NCBI GenBank assembly: GCA_051532035.1
Contig: JAOPTW010000063.1
Coordinates: forward strand, 1 to 64,000
DNA: 64,000 nucleotides
Direction: 5' to 3'
Origin: Fibrobacterales bacterium
GTDB lineage: Bacteria; Fibrobacterota; Fibrobacteria; Fibrobacterales; JAOPTW01
The notes under the pieces were generated by a model that was given only the letters and a program-made list of their open reading frames with translations, had not been told where the DNA came from and ran no database searches. Both the position numbers and the translations under genes were made by a program. Within the stretch, counting starts at the first letter, position 1. Every line of letters begins with the position of its first letter. Positions 19,846 to 29,156 of this stretch are shown in pieces.

Positions 19846-21159
19846 ATGCTCAAAGCCAGCTCGTATATCATGAATAACACATTACTTAAAAACATACCTC
19901 ACTCTCTATTCTTCCGAGTACTCAAATTGAGTACTCTGTTTGTCTGCGCATCCACTGCACTCTATGCTGCGCCACAACCAATCACTACTGATACAATCAC
20001 TGTAGCCGACACAACTGCAGAATTAGATATTCTGAGTACGCCTGGTGACTCTCTCTCCGTAGATAGCCTCATTGTCGATACCGTATCAGAAAAAAGCGCG
20101 TTCCTTGATTCTCTCCCCTATGATTCTCTCACCCAAGATTCACTCATCCAGGATTCTCTCTTTCTCGACTCAGCAGCACTAGATTCTCTTGCTCATGATT
20201 CTCTCACGGCAGAGATATCAATTCACCCAGACTCTATCCATTTAGCAGATTCGAGTCGGTTTGCAATTTTTGCACAAGTTGGAGCTCAATTTGTTGATTT
20301 TGAACAACGGAATAAATTTGCAGCTGAACTCTCGAAAACTGAGAGCTACCTCAAAGAGGCTTCTAACGCATCAATTAAACAAGAAGACCGGTTTGAAACG
20401 GTTAATTTTTCCATTCCACTCTATTTAGGTATTACTGCAAAAATCACTCACAATATATCCCTGAGCGGAGGTATTGGTTACTATGTCTACACCAATGATT
20501 TAGCGATTATCAGTCAGTCCGAGGATAAAAAAATTGTGAGCTCAGCATTTGAGTACAACCTCACCGCCACCCCACTTTTCTTAGAATACAAGCACATGAT
20601 TTCGGATGGACTTTTTACCATAAGTGATGTACGCAATGTATCTATCTCCTTTCGCTGGTACTGGTTTCTCTCCGAAACCTACATAACTTCCACAAACCGT
20701 CCAATTATTGGGGCATCTGAGTATATTGATAGGCAGGGCGATGATTTCCCCTATGAATATTCATCTGAGGAGGTCAAACAGTTTCATACGACAAAGAAAC
20801 TCAATAGCACCTTTAACCCTTGGGGTAATGGTGGTGGCGTCTATTTAGGATATGAATTTGCTCAATGGCGCTCAATCACTCTTGAAGGTGATATTGGTGT
20901 GAGTTTTGTATCAATTGAGAGCAATGAGCCATGGAGCACCTTACTTCCTCTCACAGAAAAGCCCACTGAAGAAGAGCAGGATATACTCAATGACGAAGAG
21001 CTTTCTGAAGAGAAGGCATCGTGGAGCTTTGGTGGTATATCATTACATGTAAAATTTGCCTACTATTTTGGAAAGATGGATGCCCAAAATACCGAGAAAA
21101 GAAAACGTATTGGGGGCTCAAATAGCGGTTTAAACAGTAATTCATCCAATTATCGTTAG
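19846..21159 (+). CDS. Exported protein with xxDSL pentad repeats and probable outer-membrane beta-barrel
   Basis: Signal peptide (ALYA); tandem DSL repeats; amphipathic beta strands ending FGGISLHVKFAYYF. Confidence 0.55.
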   Translation: MLKASSYIMNNTLLKNIPHSLFFRVLKLSTLFVCASTALYAAPQPITTDTITVADTTAELDILSTPGDSLSVDSLIVDTVSEKSAFLDSLPYDSLTQDSLIQDSLFLDSAALDSLAHDSLTAEISIHPDSIHLADSSRFAIFAQVGAQFVDFEQRNKFAAELSKTESYLKEASNASIKQEDRFETVNFSIPLYLGITAKITHNISLSGGIGYYVYTNDLAIISQSEDKKIVSSAFEYNLTATPLFLEYKHMISDGLFTISDVRNVSISFRWYWFLSETYITSTNRPIIGASEYIDRQGDDFPYEYSSEEVKQFHTTKKLNSTFNPWGNGGGVYLGYEFAQWRSITLEGDIGVSFVSIESNEPWSTLLPLTEKPTEEEQDILNDEELSEEKASWSFGGISLHVKFAYYFGKMDAQNTEKRKRIGGSNSGLNSNSSNYR

Positions 21160-21229
21160 CATCACCTCCATAGACGAAACCAATCAAATATTATATCTTT
21201 GAGCCATCACAATATACTGGAAAATTGAA

Positions 21230-22120
21230 ATGGCTAGACAATTTGAAATGGACCCTGTTCTCACAGATGTTCCCCTTTTTGCACAGGGAAAAGTGCGTGA
21301 TATGTTTGATCTCGGTGATGCATTCCTCATGGTTGCAACCGACAGAGTTTCTGCATTTGATGTAGTACTCCCCAATCAACTCGAAGGAAAAGGCAAGATT
21401 CTTAATCAGCTCTCTATGTACTGGTTTAAAGCCCTCCCTTTTAAAAATCACCTCATTACTGATCAAGTTGATGAAATGCCAGAAGTACTCCACAAATATA
21501 AAGACTATTTACAGGGTCGTTCTATGCTTGTGAAAAAAGCGGAACGTCTCGATATTGAATGTGTTGTTCGTGGCTATCTTGTAGGATCGGGATGGAAAGA
21601 TTATCAAAACACTGGTGCTGTATGTGGGCATGAGCTCCCAGCAGATCTAAAACTTAGCTGTAAGATTGATCCTCCAATTTTTACTCCTGCCGCTAAAATT
21701 GATGATGGACACGATGAAAACATCGATTTTGAAACAATGAAGACTATTGTTACCGCTGAACAAGCTGAAGAAATGAGAACACTCTCGTTAGATATCTACT
21801 CAAAAGCTCGCGAAATTGCTGCAGAAAAAGGCATTATCCTTGCTGATACAAAATTTGAGTTTGGTATTATTGATGGCGAAATTACGCTCATAGATGAAGT
21901 ACTCACTCCTGACTCATCACGCTACTGGGATGCAGCGACCTATGCTGAAGATAAAGACCAAGATAGCTATGACAAACAGGTGATCCGTAATTGGCTCAGT
22001 ACACTCGATTGGGATAAAGAGTATCCAGGACCATCACTTACTGATGCGGTAATTGAGAAAAGCATGAGCAAATATTTAGAAATTTACAAACGTCTTACTG
22101 GTGAGGAGCCTGTACTATGA
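21230..22120 (+). CDS. purC: SAICAR synthetase
   Basis: GKVRD, TDRVSAFD, ECVVRGY, GIILADTKFEFG, DEVLTPDSSRYW, DKQ. Confidence 0.97.
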   Translation: MARQFEMDPVLTDVPLFAQGKVRDMFDLGDAFLMVATDRVSAFDVVLPNQLEGKGKILNQLSMYWFKALPFKNHLITDQVDEMPEVLHKYKDYLQGRSMLVKKAERLDIECVVRGYLVGSGWKDYQNTGAVCGHELPADLKLSCKIDPPIFTPAAKIDDGHDENIDFETMKTIVTAEQAEEMRTLSLDIYSKAREIAAEKGIILADTKFEFGIIDGEITLIDEVLTPDSSRYWDAATYAEDKDQDSYDKQVIRNWLSTLDWDKEYPGPSLTDAVIEKSMSKYLEIYKRLTGEEPVL

Positions 22121-23136
22121 GTGAAAAACTTGAATTAGCATTTGAAGATGGCGTAGAGCTTCGTTATGGCGAAAACTCGCACCAAAAAGCAGTATTTTAT
22201 AAAGACCCTAACAGTGATGAATCATCACTTGGTACGGCAAAACAACTTCATGGTAAAGAGCTGAGCTACAACAACATCGTCGATGCTGATGCCGCTCTTG
22301 AGATGGTACGTGAATTTGCGGGCGCTCCTGCAGTTTCAATTATCAAGCACCTTAATCCATGTGGACTTGCAACAGGAACCACTCTTGATCAAGCTTTTGA
22401 AGCGGCGTGGCAGTGTGATCCTGTCTCTGCATTTGGCTCAGTGATTGCAGTTACTCAAAAAGTTGACCTTAAAACAGCACAGCTCCTTAAAGGTCGTTTT
22501 ATTGAGATCCTTCTTGCTCCAGGCTATGATGCTGACGCACTTGAATTCCTCATGAAGAAGAGTAAAGACATTCGTATTCTTGAAATTAAGGATGTGAAAA
22601 AAGCAGAGAAAACCAAAGTATATAAACACGTAATCGGTGGACTCCTTGTTCAAGATCGCGATGTCGATACTTATGATAAATGGGAATGTGTTACTGAAAC
22701 TCAGTTTCCTGCCGAGATTGATGCTCTTGCTAAATTTACTTGGATTGTTACCAAACACACCAAATCAAACGCTATTGTAATGTGTCGTGAATACGCTCCA
22801 GGTTGTTTTTCAATCGCCGGCCTTGGTCCTGGCCAGCCTAATCGTATTGACTCAAATCTTCGCCTTTGCCAACCGCGTGTCCGTGACGTTATCGCAACAC
22901 TTGATAAGCCAGAAGGTGTCGACTCAGCGCAATTCGAAAAAGATTTCTTTGGCACCCTCGTTATGGGTTCTGATGCGTTTTTTCCTTTTGATGACAACAT
23001 CGTTGCATCAAACGATGCGGGAATAAAATACATTGTACAGCCTGGTGGCTCTATTCGTGACCCTGAAATAATCGAAACTTGTAATAAACTTGGTGTTGCC
23101 ATGGTATTTACTGGCACGAGGCACTTCAGACACTAA
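22117..23136 (+). CDS. purH: AICAR transformylase (PurH C-terminal domain only)
   Basis: Starts at LRYGENSHQKA; LSYNN, KHLNPCG, SAFG, KSNAIV, SDAFFPF, QPGGSIRD, FTGTRHFRH; 339 aa with no N-terminal cyclohydrolase domain. Confidence 0.9.
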   Translation: MSEKLELAFEDGVELRYGENSHQKAVFYKDPNSDESSLGTAKQLHGKELSYNNIVDADAALEMVREFAGAPAVSIIKHLNPCGLATGTTLDQAFEAAWQCDPVSAFGSVIAVTQKVDLKTAQLLKGRFIEILLAPGYDADALEFLMKKSKDIRILEIKDVKKAEKTKVYKHVIGGLLVQDRDVDTYDKWECVTETQFPAEIDALAKFTWIVTKHTKSNAIVMCREYAPGCFSIAGLGPGQPNRIDSNLRLCQPRVRDVIATLDKPEGVDSAQFEKDFFGTLVMGSDAFFPFDDNIVASNDAGIKYIVQPGGSIRDPEIIETCNKLGVAMVFTGTRHFRH

Positions 23137-23573
23137 TGAGAGATCTCAAACATGAAGATAAAGAGAAAGTGTATAGTGCACTTTCTTCTTTTTTAGATAG
23201 TGCACTCAAACTCCCATTAGCGAATGCTCCTTGGGATGAACTGACTGGCTCACTCTCTGCACTTGATATTCCTCAATCTACCATTGATGTTTTCTCTTTT
23301 TGGGCATCGGGTACTCTCGAATATATACATAGTAAGACCTTTCCCTATCGCGTACTCCACGACATGGAAAAAGAATTGATCTCACCCGAAGCCTATGGAT
23401 TCATGCTTGAATCCATACGTCTCGGATTTATTGAGACAACCCAAACTGAATTTCTCTTAGAAGAGATGGCGCTTAAAGAGCACCTCCCCATCTCACTTTC
23501 AGTCATCAAAAGAACCATGGTTAAAAACTGGTTTAAAACAATCCACGATTCCGGGATAAAGAAGTCACAGTAA
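23136..23573 (+). CDS. Smg/DUF494-like protein
   Basis: RVLHDMEKELISPEAYGFMLE..LGFI...E resembles the Smg core; translationally coupled on both sides. Confidence 0.6.
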   Translation: MRDLKHEDKEKVYSALSSFLDSALKLPLANAPWDELTGSLSALDIPQSTIDVFSFWASGTLEYIHSKTFPYRVLHDMEKELISPEAYGFMLESIRLGFIETTQTEFLLEEMALKEHLPISLSVIKRTMVKNWFKTIHDSGIKKSQ

Positions 23574-24877
23574 TGAAAAAAGTAACCGTAATTGGTGCAG
23601 GACTCTCAGGTTGTGAGGCCGCACTGCAACTTGCCACTCGTGGTATTAAGGTTGACCTCTACGAAATGAGACCAACCCAAAAGACTCCTGCGCACAAAAC
23701 AGAAAACGTCGCTGAACTCGTCTGCTCAAATTCATTGAAAGGCCTTGGCCTTTCTGGAGCTCATGGGCTTTTTAAACATGAGCTTGAACTCCTCGGGTCC
23801 AAACTGTTGAAGGCTGCTCGAGCCGCACGGGTTAAAGCAGGCGACTCTCTCACTGTAGACCGAGATATTTTTTCTGCCGAAGTGAAGAAGATGATTGATG
23901 CTGAAGAGAACATCACTTTTATCCAGGAAGAAGTTACTGAGATTAATCCTGATGAGATCACTATTATTGCAGCAGGACCACTCTGTTCTCAAAAACTCTC
24001 AGAAAAGGTTTTTGGCCTTGTTGGTACTGACAAATTAAACTTTTTTGATGCAATAGCCCCTGTGGTTACCGTAGACTCAATTGATTTCAACCATGCCTAC
24101 ACCAAAAATCGTTGGGAAAAAGGGACCACCAAAGATTTTATCAACTGTCCTCTCGATAAAGAGACCTACAACGCTTTTGTTGCAGAGCTCGTTGCAGCTG
24201 ATCAGGTTGAGCCAAAACCTTACGAACCCAAAGAACTATTTGAAGGTTGTCTCCCCGTAGAAGAGATCGCCCGTCGCGGTGAGCAGACACTCAACCATGG
24301 CCCTATGCGTCCAAAAGGACTCATGGATGAAAACGGACATGTCCCCTATGCAGTGCTCCAACTCAGAGCAGAAAACATGGAGGCGACCCTCTATAATATG
24401 GTCGGCTTTCAAACACGTCTTAAATGGGAAACCCAAAAACGAATTTTCCGTATGGTTCCCGCTCTTAAAAATGCTGAGTTTGCTCGGTTAGGTGTCATGC
24501 ACCGCAATACCTTTATCGACTCTCCAAAAGCACTTGATTCGAGCCTTCGCGCTCATAATACCAATGTCTTTTTTGCCGGTCAAATTACTGGTGCTGAAGG
24601 CTATACTGAAGCAATTGGTACGGGGTTCTTTACCGCCCTCCAGGCATACTCTCTTGCCACCAAAGGTGAAACACTCCCCTTTCCTGAAGGGTCATGTCTC
24701 CATGCACTCGTTAAACACCTTACCTCTCCTAATGAAGACTTTCAGCCTATGAACTTTAATTTTGGCCTTCTCCCTCCCAAAGAGGGACTCAAAAAGGCAC
24801 AAAAGAAAATGTTTCATGTGGACACCGCAATTGTTGCAGTTCAAAACTTTGTGTACGAGACCCTTCAAACATTATAA
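23573..24877 (+). CDS. trmFO: Folate/FAD-dependent tRNA m5U54 methyltransferase
   Basis: IGAGLSGCEAA, ELVCSNS, FFDAIAP, FEGCLPVE, VGFQTRL, MHRNTFI, AGQITGAEGY, FQPMNFNFG. Confidence 0.96.
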   Translation: MKKVTVIGAGLSGCEAALQLATRGIKVDLYEMRPTQKTPAHKTENVAELVCSNSLKGLGLSGAHGLFKHELELLGSKLLKAARAARVKAGDSLTVDRDIFSAEVKKMIDAEENITFIQEEVTEINPDEITIIAAGPLCSQKLSEKVFGLVGTDKLNFFDAIAPVVTVDSIDFNHAYTKNRWEKGTTKDFINCPLDKETYNAFVAELVAADQVEPKPYEPKELFEGCLPVEEIARRGEQTLNHGPMRPKGLMDENGHVPYAVLQLRAENMEATLYNMVGFQTRLKWETQKRIFRMVPALKNAEFARLGVMHRNTFIDSPKALDSSLRAHNTNVFFAGQITGAEGYTEAIGTGFFTALQAYSLATKGETLPFPEGSCLHALVKHLTSPNEDFQPMNFNFGLLPPKEGLKKAQKKMFHVDTAIVAVQNFVYETLQTL

Positions 24878-24970
24878 ATAATGGTGAGTGATGCAGTGGT
24901 CTCATTATTCCATTGCTCACTCTTTTTTTACTACATTTTCACTTAAATCAATCCCTCTAAAAGGCCCTGT

Positions 24971-25819
24971 ATGTCTCTTAAACTTGACGGTAAAGCACTC
25001 TCTAAAACAATCGAAGAAGAACTCTCGGTTCGTGTATCTGCAATTAAAGAAAAAAGTGGCAGAACACCTATTCTCGCAACAATACTCGTTGGTGCCGACC
25101 CATCATCTGCAATATATGTGGGTATGAAAGGCAAAGCATGTGCTCGCGTAGGTATGGAGTCTATTAAAGTAGAGATGAGTGAAGAGACTACCACAGAAGA
25201 ACTCCTTGCCAAAATTGATGAGCTCAATGCAAATCAAGATGTACATGGTATCCTTCTCCAACATCCTGTTCCAAAACAAATTGACGAACGTCTCTGTTTT
25301 GATCGCATCTCTATACATAAAGATGTTGATGGAGTAACCTGTCTCGGTTTTGGTAACATGACCATGGGATTACCTGCCTATGGATCAGCTACTCCTCAAG
25401 GAATAATGGAAACACTTAAGCGTTTTGATATTGACCTTTCGGGTAAACATGCTGTCGTTGTTGGCCGCTCACCTATCCTTGGGAAACCAATGGCAGCTAT
25501 GATGCTCAACAAACATGCTACGGTAACTATCTGTCACTCACGTACACAAAACCTCGAAGGCTTTGTCCGTCAAGCTGATGTAATTGTTGGTGCCGTTGGC
25601 GTTAAAGAGCTGATAAAATCTGACTGGATTAAAGATGGTGCGGTTGTCGTTGATGCCGGATTTCACAAAGGTGGCTTTGGTGATATAGAAATCACTGATG
25701 CACTTAAAGATCGCTGTGGAGCCTATACTCCTGTACCAGGTGGCGTTGGCCCTATGACTATTGCGACGCTGATTATGCAGACTGTTGAGGCAGCTGAGAA
25801 ATCGTGTGGTATTGCGTAG
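24971..25819 (+). CDS. folD: Methylenetetrahydrofolate dehydrogenase/cyclohydrolase
   Basis: [40 protein letters not shown]. Confidence 0.97.
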   Translation: MSLKLDGKALSKTIEEELSVRVSAIKEKSGRTPILATILVGADPSSAIYVGMKGKACARVGMESIKVEMSEETTTEELLAKIDELNANQDVHGILLQHPVPKQIDERLCFDRISIHKDVDGVTCLGFGNMTMGLPAYGSATPQGIMETLKRFDIDLSGKHAVVVGRSPILGKPMAAMMLNKHATVTICHSRTQNLEGFVRQADVIVGAVGVKELIKSDWIKDGAVVVDAGFHKGGFGDIEITDALKDRCGAYTPVPGGVGPMTIATLIMQTVEAAEKSCGIA

Positions 25820-25877
25820 CTTTCAAAAACCACTGATATGATGTGGTATGTGCGCTTCGTGTAAAAAACAAGAAAAT

Positions 25878-25910
25878 AAAAAAGAGACTTTATGTAAAGT
25901 CTCTTTTTTT
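25878..25910 (+). terminator. Intrinsic terminator after folD (possibly bidirectional)
   Basis: AAAAAAGAGACTTTA-TG-TAAAGTCTCTTTTTTT. Confidence 0.85.
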
Positions 25911-25935
25911 GTGTCCGTTATTATTTGGTGAATCT

Positions 25936-25961
25936 AAAACCCTACCTCGTGAGAGGCAGGG
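25936..25961 (-). terminator. Intrinsic terminator for 25986..28238
   Basis: Minus strand CCCTGCCTC-TCAC-GAGGTAGGG followed by TTTT. Confidence 0.6.
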
Positions 25962-25985
25962 AAAAACAACATTCGCCAGGTTATT

Positions 25986-28238
25986 TTAGTCGAGTATAAA
26001 CGGGTACTCTGGATTATTAAATGCTTCTTCACAAAGACTTTCAGAAGTACTCATCATTGTGTTAAACAGTGTTTCACAATTTGCAGGGATATCACCCATT
26101 GTAGAATCACTCGCATCATCATCTCCCATATACATGCTACATTCACCACTTGCTATTTCAATAAATGTTGAGATAACAGTATTGTAGCCTACCTTACATG
26201 TTTCTGGAAGCGATTGATCTATGACTGCCGCTCTAAACTCTCCATCACAGGCATCAACAAAGGCTGTAAAGTTTTCAGGGTTAAACCCTCCATCTCCATC
26301 TAACTTGGAGAACAGATTTTTACAATCTTGGGTTACAAGCCTACTACTAACTTTATCACCAAATCCATTGTCATGACCGTCTTGTTTACACATTTGTTCG
26401 TGGTCATCCCAATACATACCTTCTCCGCACTGATCGCTGTAGGTGCCTTCTTCTCTACAATACTTCTCGTATTGATCAAAATAGAATCCTTCAGGGCATT
26501 GAATAGTATTGAAATCTTCTGGTTCACAGTAATCATAGTCCTCATTCCAGCGTGTGCCTTCTGGACATTGAGGACCGCCATCACCGCCATTATCCCCACC
26601 ATCATCAGCTAGGAATACCCAGTATGGATCTACATCACGAGCAAGCTTGCCGCACTCAAGTGATTTGAATTCACCCATTTTTGGCTCAAAGCTATTCATG
26701 ATATCCATACACTCCTGTGGAGGTGTGCCACTATTATCACCATCAAACTGTGAACATGTTGCATTGCCAAAATACTGCGCCATACCATTCATTATACCAG
26801 TATAGAGAGTTCTACATTGTTCATTGGGTCCTTGAGGTAATGTGATTGCAACAAACTCACCAATACAATCTCTAAGAAATGACTGCATTGACGTTTCATC
26901 TTCATTTGGTCCATCCATTCTTAAATAGAGATCTGAACAATATGGTGTGAGTGAACGAACAACCATATCATTAAACGGTTTATCATCTACACGACAATGG
27001 CCACGACCAACATCAAAATACTCACCAGGCCCACACTGCTGTAGTGTGATACAACGGTTTTGTTCCCAGCTCCACATCTCATCTGTGCCACAGCCAGTAG
27101 AATAATCTTGTTGGCACTCTCCCATTTCAATATCAAACCATTCATTAGGGCCGCAATTTTGGAAAGTAACACACTCACCTTTCATATAGCTCCATGATTG
27201 ATTTGGTCCACACTGTTGCATTGTCATACATGCTCCAGTTGCATCATCATAATATTGATCCCAGTTACACTGTACTGTTACACAGTTACCAGCAGCATCA
27301 CGGAATCCACCATTATCACATGTTTTCGCCCATACATCTTCTTCACAAGGAGCGCCTTCATATGGTTTGAAATATCCCATTGGGCAATACCATGGATCGT
27401 CCATACACGTTCCAGTAGCGAAATCAGTATATTGACCTTCTGCACAGTTAATATTTGGTTTACAGGTTCCATCTGGAGCAACATACTCACTTGGGTCACA
27501 TGCAGTGCCATAGCCAGCATAGTTATCATAGACACACTCTTCGGTATACATATCAAAGAAATATCCTTGTGGACATTCTACTGCGCACGGTACAAAGACA
27601 TCACCCGTACCGTCAGCTTTAGTCCAACGCTCTTGGTGTTTCCCATTAACCGCTTCACAGCTTGGGTTTTCTTGACATTTAACCTCAATTGATTTGTTAT
27701 CCGATGGAATATACATCGGGAACGTACAATTTGCCATATCAGGTGCAGCTCCAGCTTCGATAAATCTACGTACATAGATTTCGCTCTGTTGCACACCACA
27801 CTCATTAAGGATTCTTTTAACGATATCCTTAACAGGTTGCATGAGATCTTTACATACCTGTGTCACATTAAAGTCACAGGTCTCTGCGTTTTCAAAATAA
27901 ATTGAGTCAGCCATGATGTATGCTCTATCGTAGAGTTCACCACACCGTTCGTCTGTTTTTATGGATTCAGGTCGAGACTCTTCTGCTTGCGCATCTGCAG
28001 CAGCATCATCTTTAAGACAATACTTTTGATACATGGTTAGTGCTTCTTCGTCTTGCATAGTGCGATACCGTTCCATGTATGCATTACACTCTTCCGATTC
28101 TGCATCGTTTGTTTCAAGCGCCTCATCGAGGTTCGCCTCTTGTGCAGCCTCTTTTGCTTTATCAAACAGATCACACCCCGACAGTGTCATTCCGCTGATC
28201 AATGCAATAGAGATCATGGTTGCTAGTTGTTTTTTCAT
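25986..28238 (-). CDS. Cys-rich repeat lipoprotein
   Basis: Lipobox LSGC; 13 short C-x(11-12)-C repeats of the CPEGFYFDQYEKYC type plus a repeated helical Cys module. Confidence 0.8.
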   Translation of the reverse strand: MKKQLATMISIALISGMTLSGCDLFDKAKEAAQEANLDEALETNDAESEECNAYMERYRTMQDEEALTMYQKYCLKDDAAADAQAEESRPESIKTDERCGELYDRAYIMADSIYFENAETCDFNVTQVCKDLMQPVKDIVKRILNECGVQQSEIYVRRFIEAGAAPDMANCTFPMYIPSDNKSIEVKCQENPSCEAVNGKHQERWTKADGTGDVFVPCAVECPQGYFFDMYTEECVYDNYAGYGTACDPSEYVAPDGTCKPNINCAEGQYTDFATGTCMDDPWYCPMGYFKPYEGAPCEEDVWAKTCDNGGFRDAAGNCVTVQCNWDQYYDDATGACMTMQQCGPNQSWSYMKGECVTFQNCGPNEWFDIEMGECQQDYSTGCGTDEMWSWEQNRCITLQQCGPGEYFDVGRGHCRVDDKPFNDMVVRSLTPYCSDLYLRMDGPNEDETSMQSFLRDCIGEFVAITLPQGPNEQCRTLYTGIMNGMAQYFGNATCSQFDGDNSGTPPQECMDIMNSFEPKMGEFKSLECGKLARDVDPYWVFLADDGGDNGGDGGPQCPEGTRWNEDYDYCEPEDFNTIQCPEGFYFDQYEKYCREEGTYSDQCGEGMYWDDHEQMCKQDGHDNGFGDKVSSRLVTQDCKNLFSKLDGDGGFNPENFTAFVDACDGEFRAAVIDQSLPETCKVGYNTVISTFIEIASGECSMYMGDDDASDSTMGDIPANCETLFNTMMSTSESLCEEAFNNPEYPFILD

Positions 28239-28721
28239 TGTGTTACTCCTGGCTTATTTGATTTGGTATTGTAAAACTCAATCAAGAAGATCTTTGTTTT
28301 GCAACTTTTCTAAATATTACCACACTTATATCAAATTGCCATAAATATTTAGATGACCGAATGGTCAGGTGACTATGATCACTATTTATCTTAATAAACG
28401 CAAATAATTTGCCACCACTACAAGCCTATAAACACTACAAACCCCACAAACTAAAGGGCTAGTGTTTGATATTCTCTTTCAAAACTCTCTAAAAATAGAG
28501 CTAAAGAAAGTGAGTATTGAAGAACAAAGGTAAGGTGAGAATATAAAATATCTTTCAATATTTTAGTGAAAAGCTCATTGAGTAAATAAGCTATGAGTGC
28601 TCTGTATTATGATAATCTGCGCTGATCTTAGAAGTACTTTCACTGGCTCGAGAGTTATAGTAACAGAAGTGTAGCGCCTATCAAATATGACCTGGAGAAG
28701 GGCAATGTCATAAGAGGGTAC

Positions 28722-28748
28722 AAAAAAAGGCCCTCTCTAAAGAGGGCC
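28722..28748 (-). terminator. Intrinsic terminator for 28785..29081
   Basis: Minus strand GGCCCTCT-TTAG-AGAGGGCC-TTTTTTT. Confidence 0.85.
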
Positions 28749-28784
28749 CTTAAAATAAATGAACTATTTGTTCAACAGTATATG

Positions 28785-29081
28785 CTACTCTTGATCAGCA
28801 CAAGTTCCGTCGGTACACATGTCAGCATATGTATCTTTATAATCTTCTTCAGTAACTTTATCGCTACATTCAGCTAACGCAGCAGCTGAACTCTCACCAT
28901 CAGTAGCTGAAGAACTTACGTTCGCAACTTCTGCGGTTTTAAATAATGCTCCAGTTTCTTCAGCTTCACACCAATCTTCTATAGATTTCTTTTCAGGGTC
29001 GGGGTCAGGTGTAGTTTCTGCACAGTTCAAAAATGTAAATGCGATTCCAGCGATTAATAGTAATGAAAATAGGGATTTCAT
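28785..29081 (-). CDS. Small acidic lipoprotein
   Basis: AAGGAG RBS; signal peptide ending FLNC; four further Cys; own terminator. Confidence 0.8.
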   Translation of the reverse strand: MKSLFSLLLIAGIAFTFLNCAETTPDPDPEKKSIEDWCEAEETGALFKTAEVANVSSSATDGESSAAALAECSDKVTEEDYKDTYADMCTDGTCADQE

Positions 29082-29156
29082 TTCTGCTCCTTTTTATTGT
29101 TTCCTATAATGTAAATAAAAAAAAGAAAGAAAATCAAAAAATTTAAGGAAATAACG

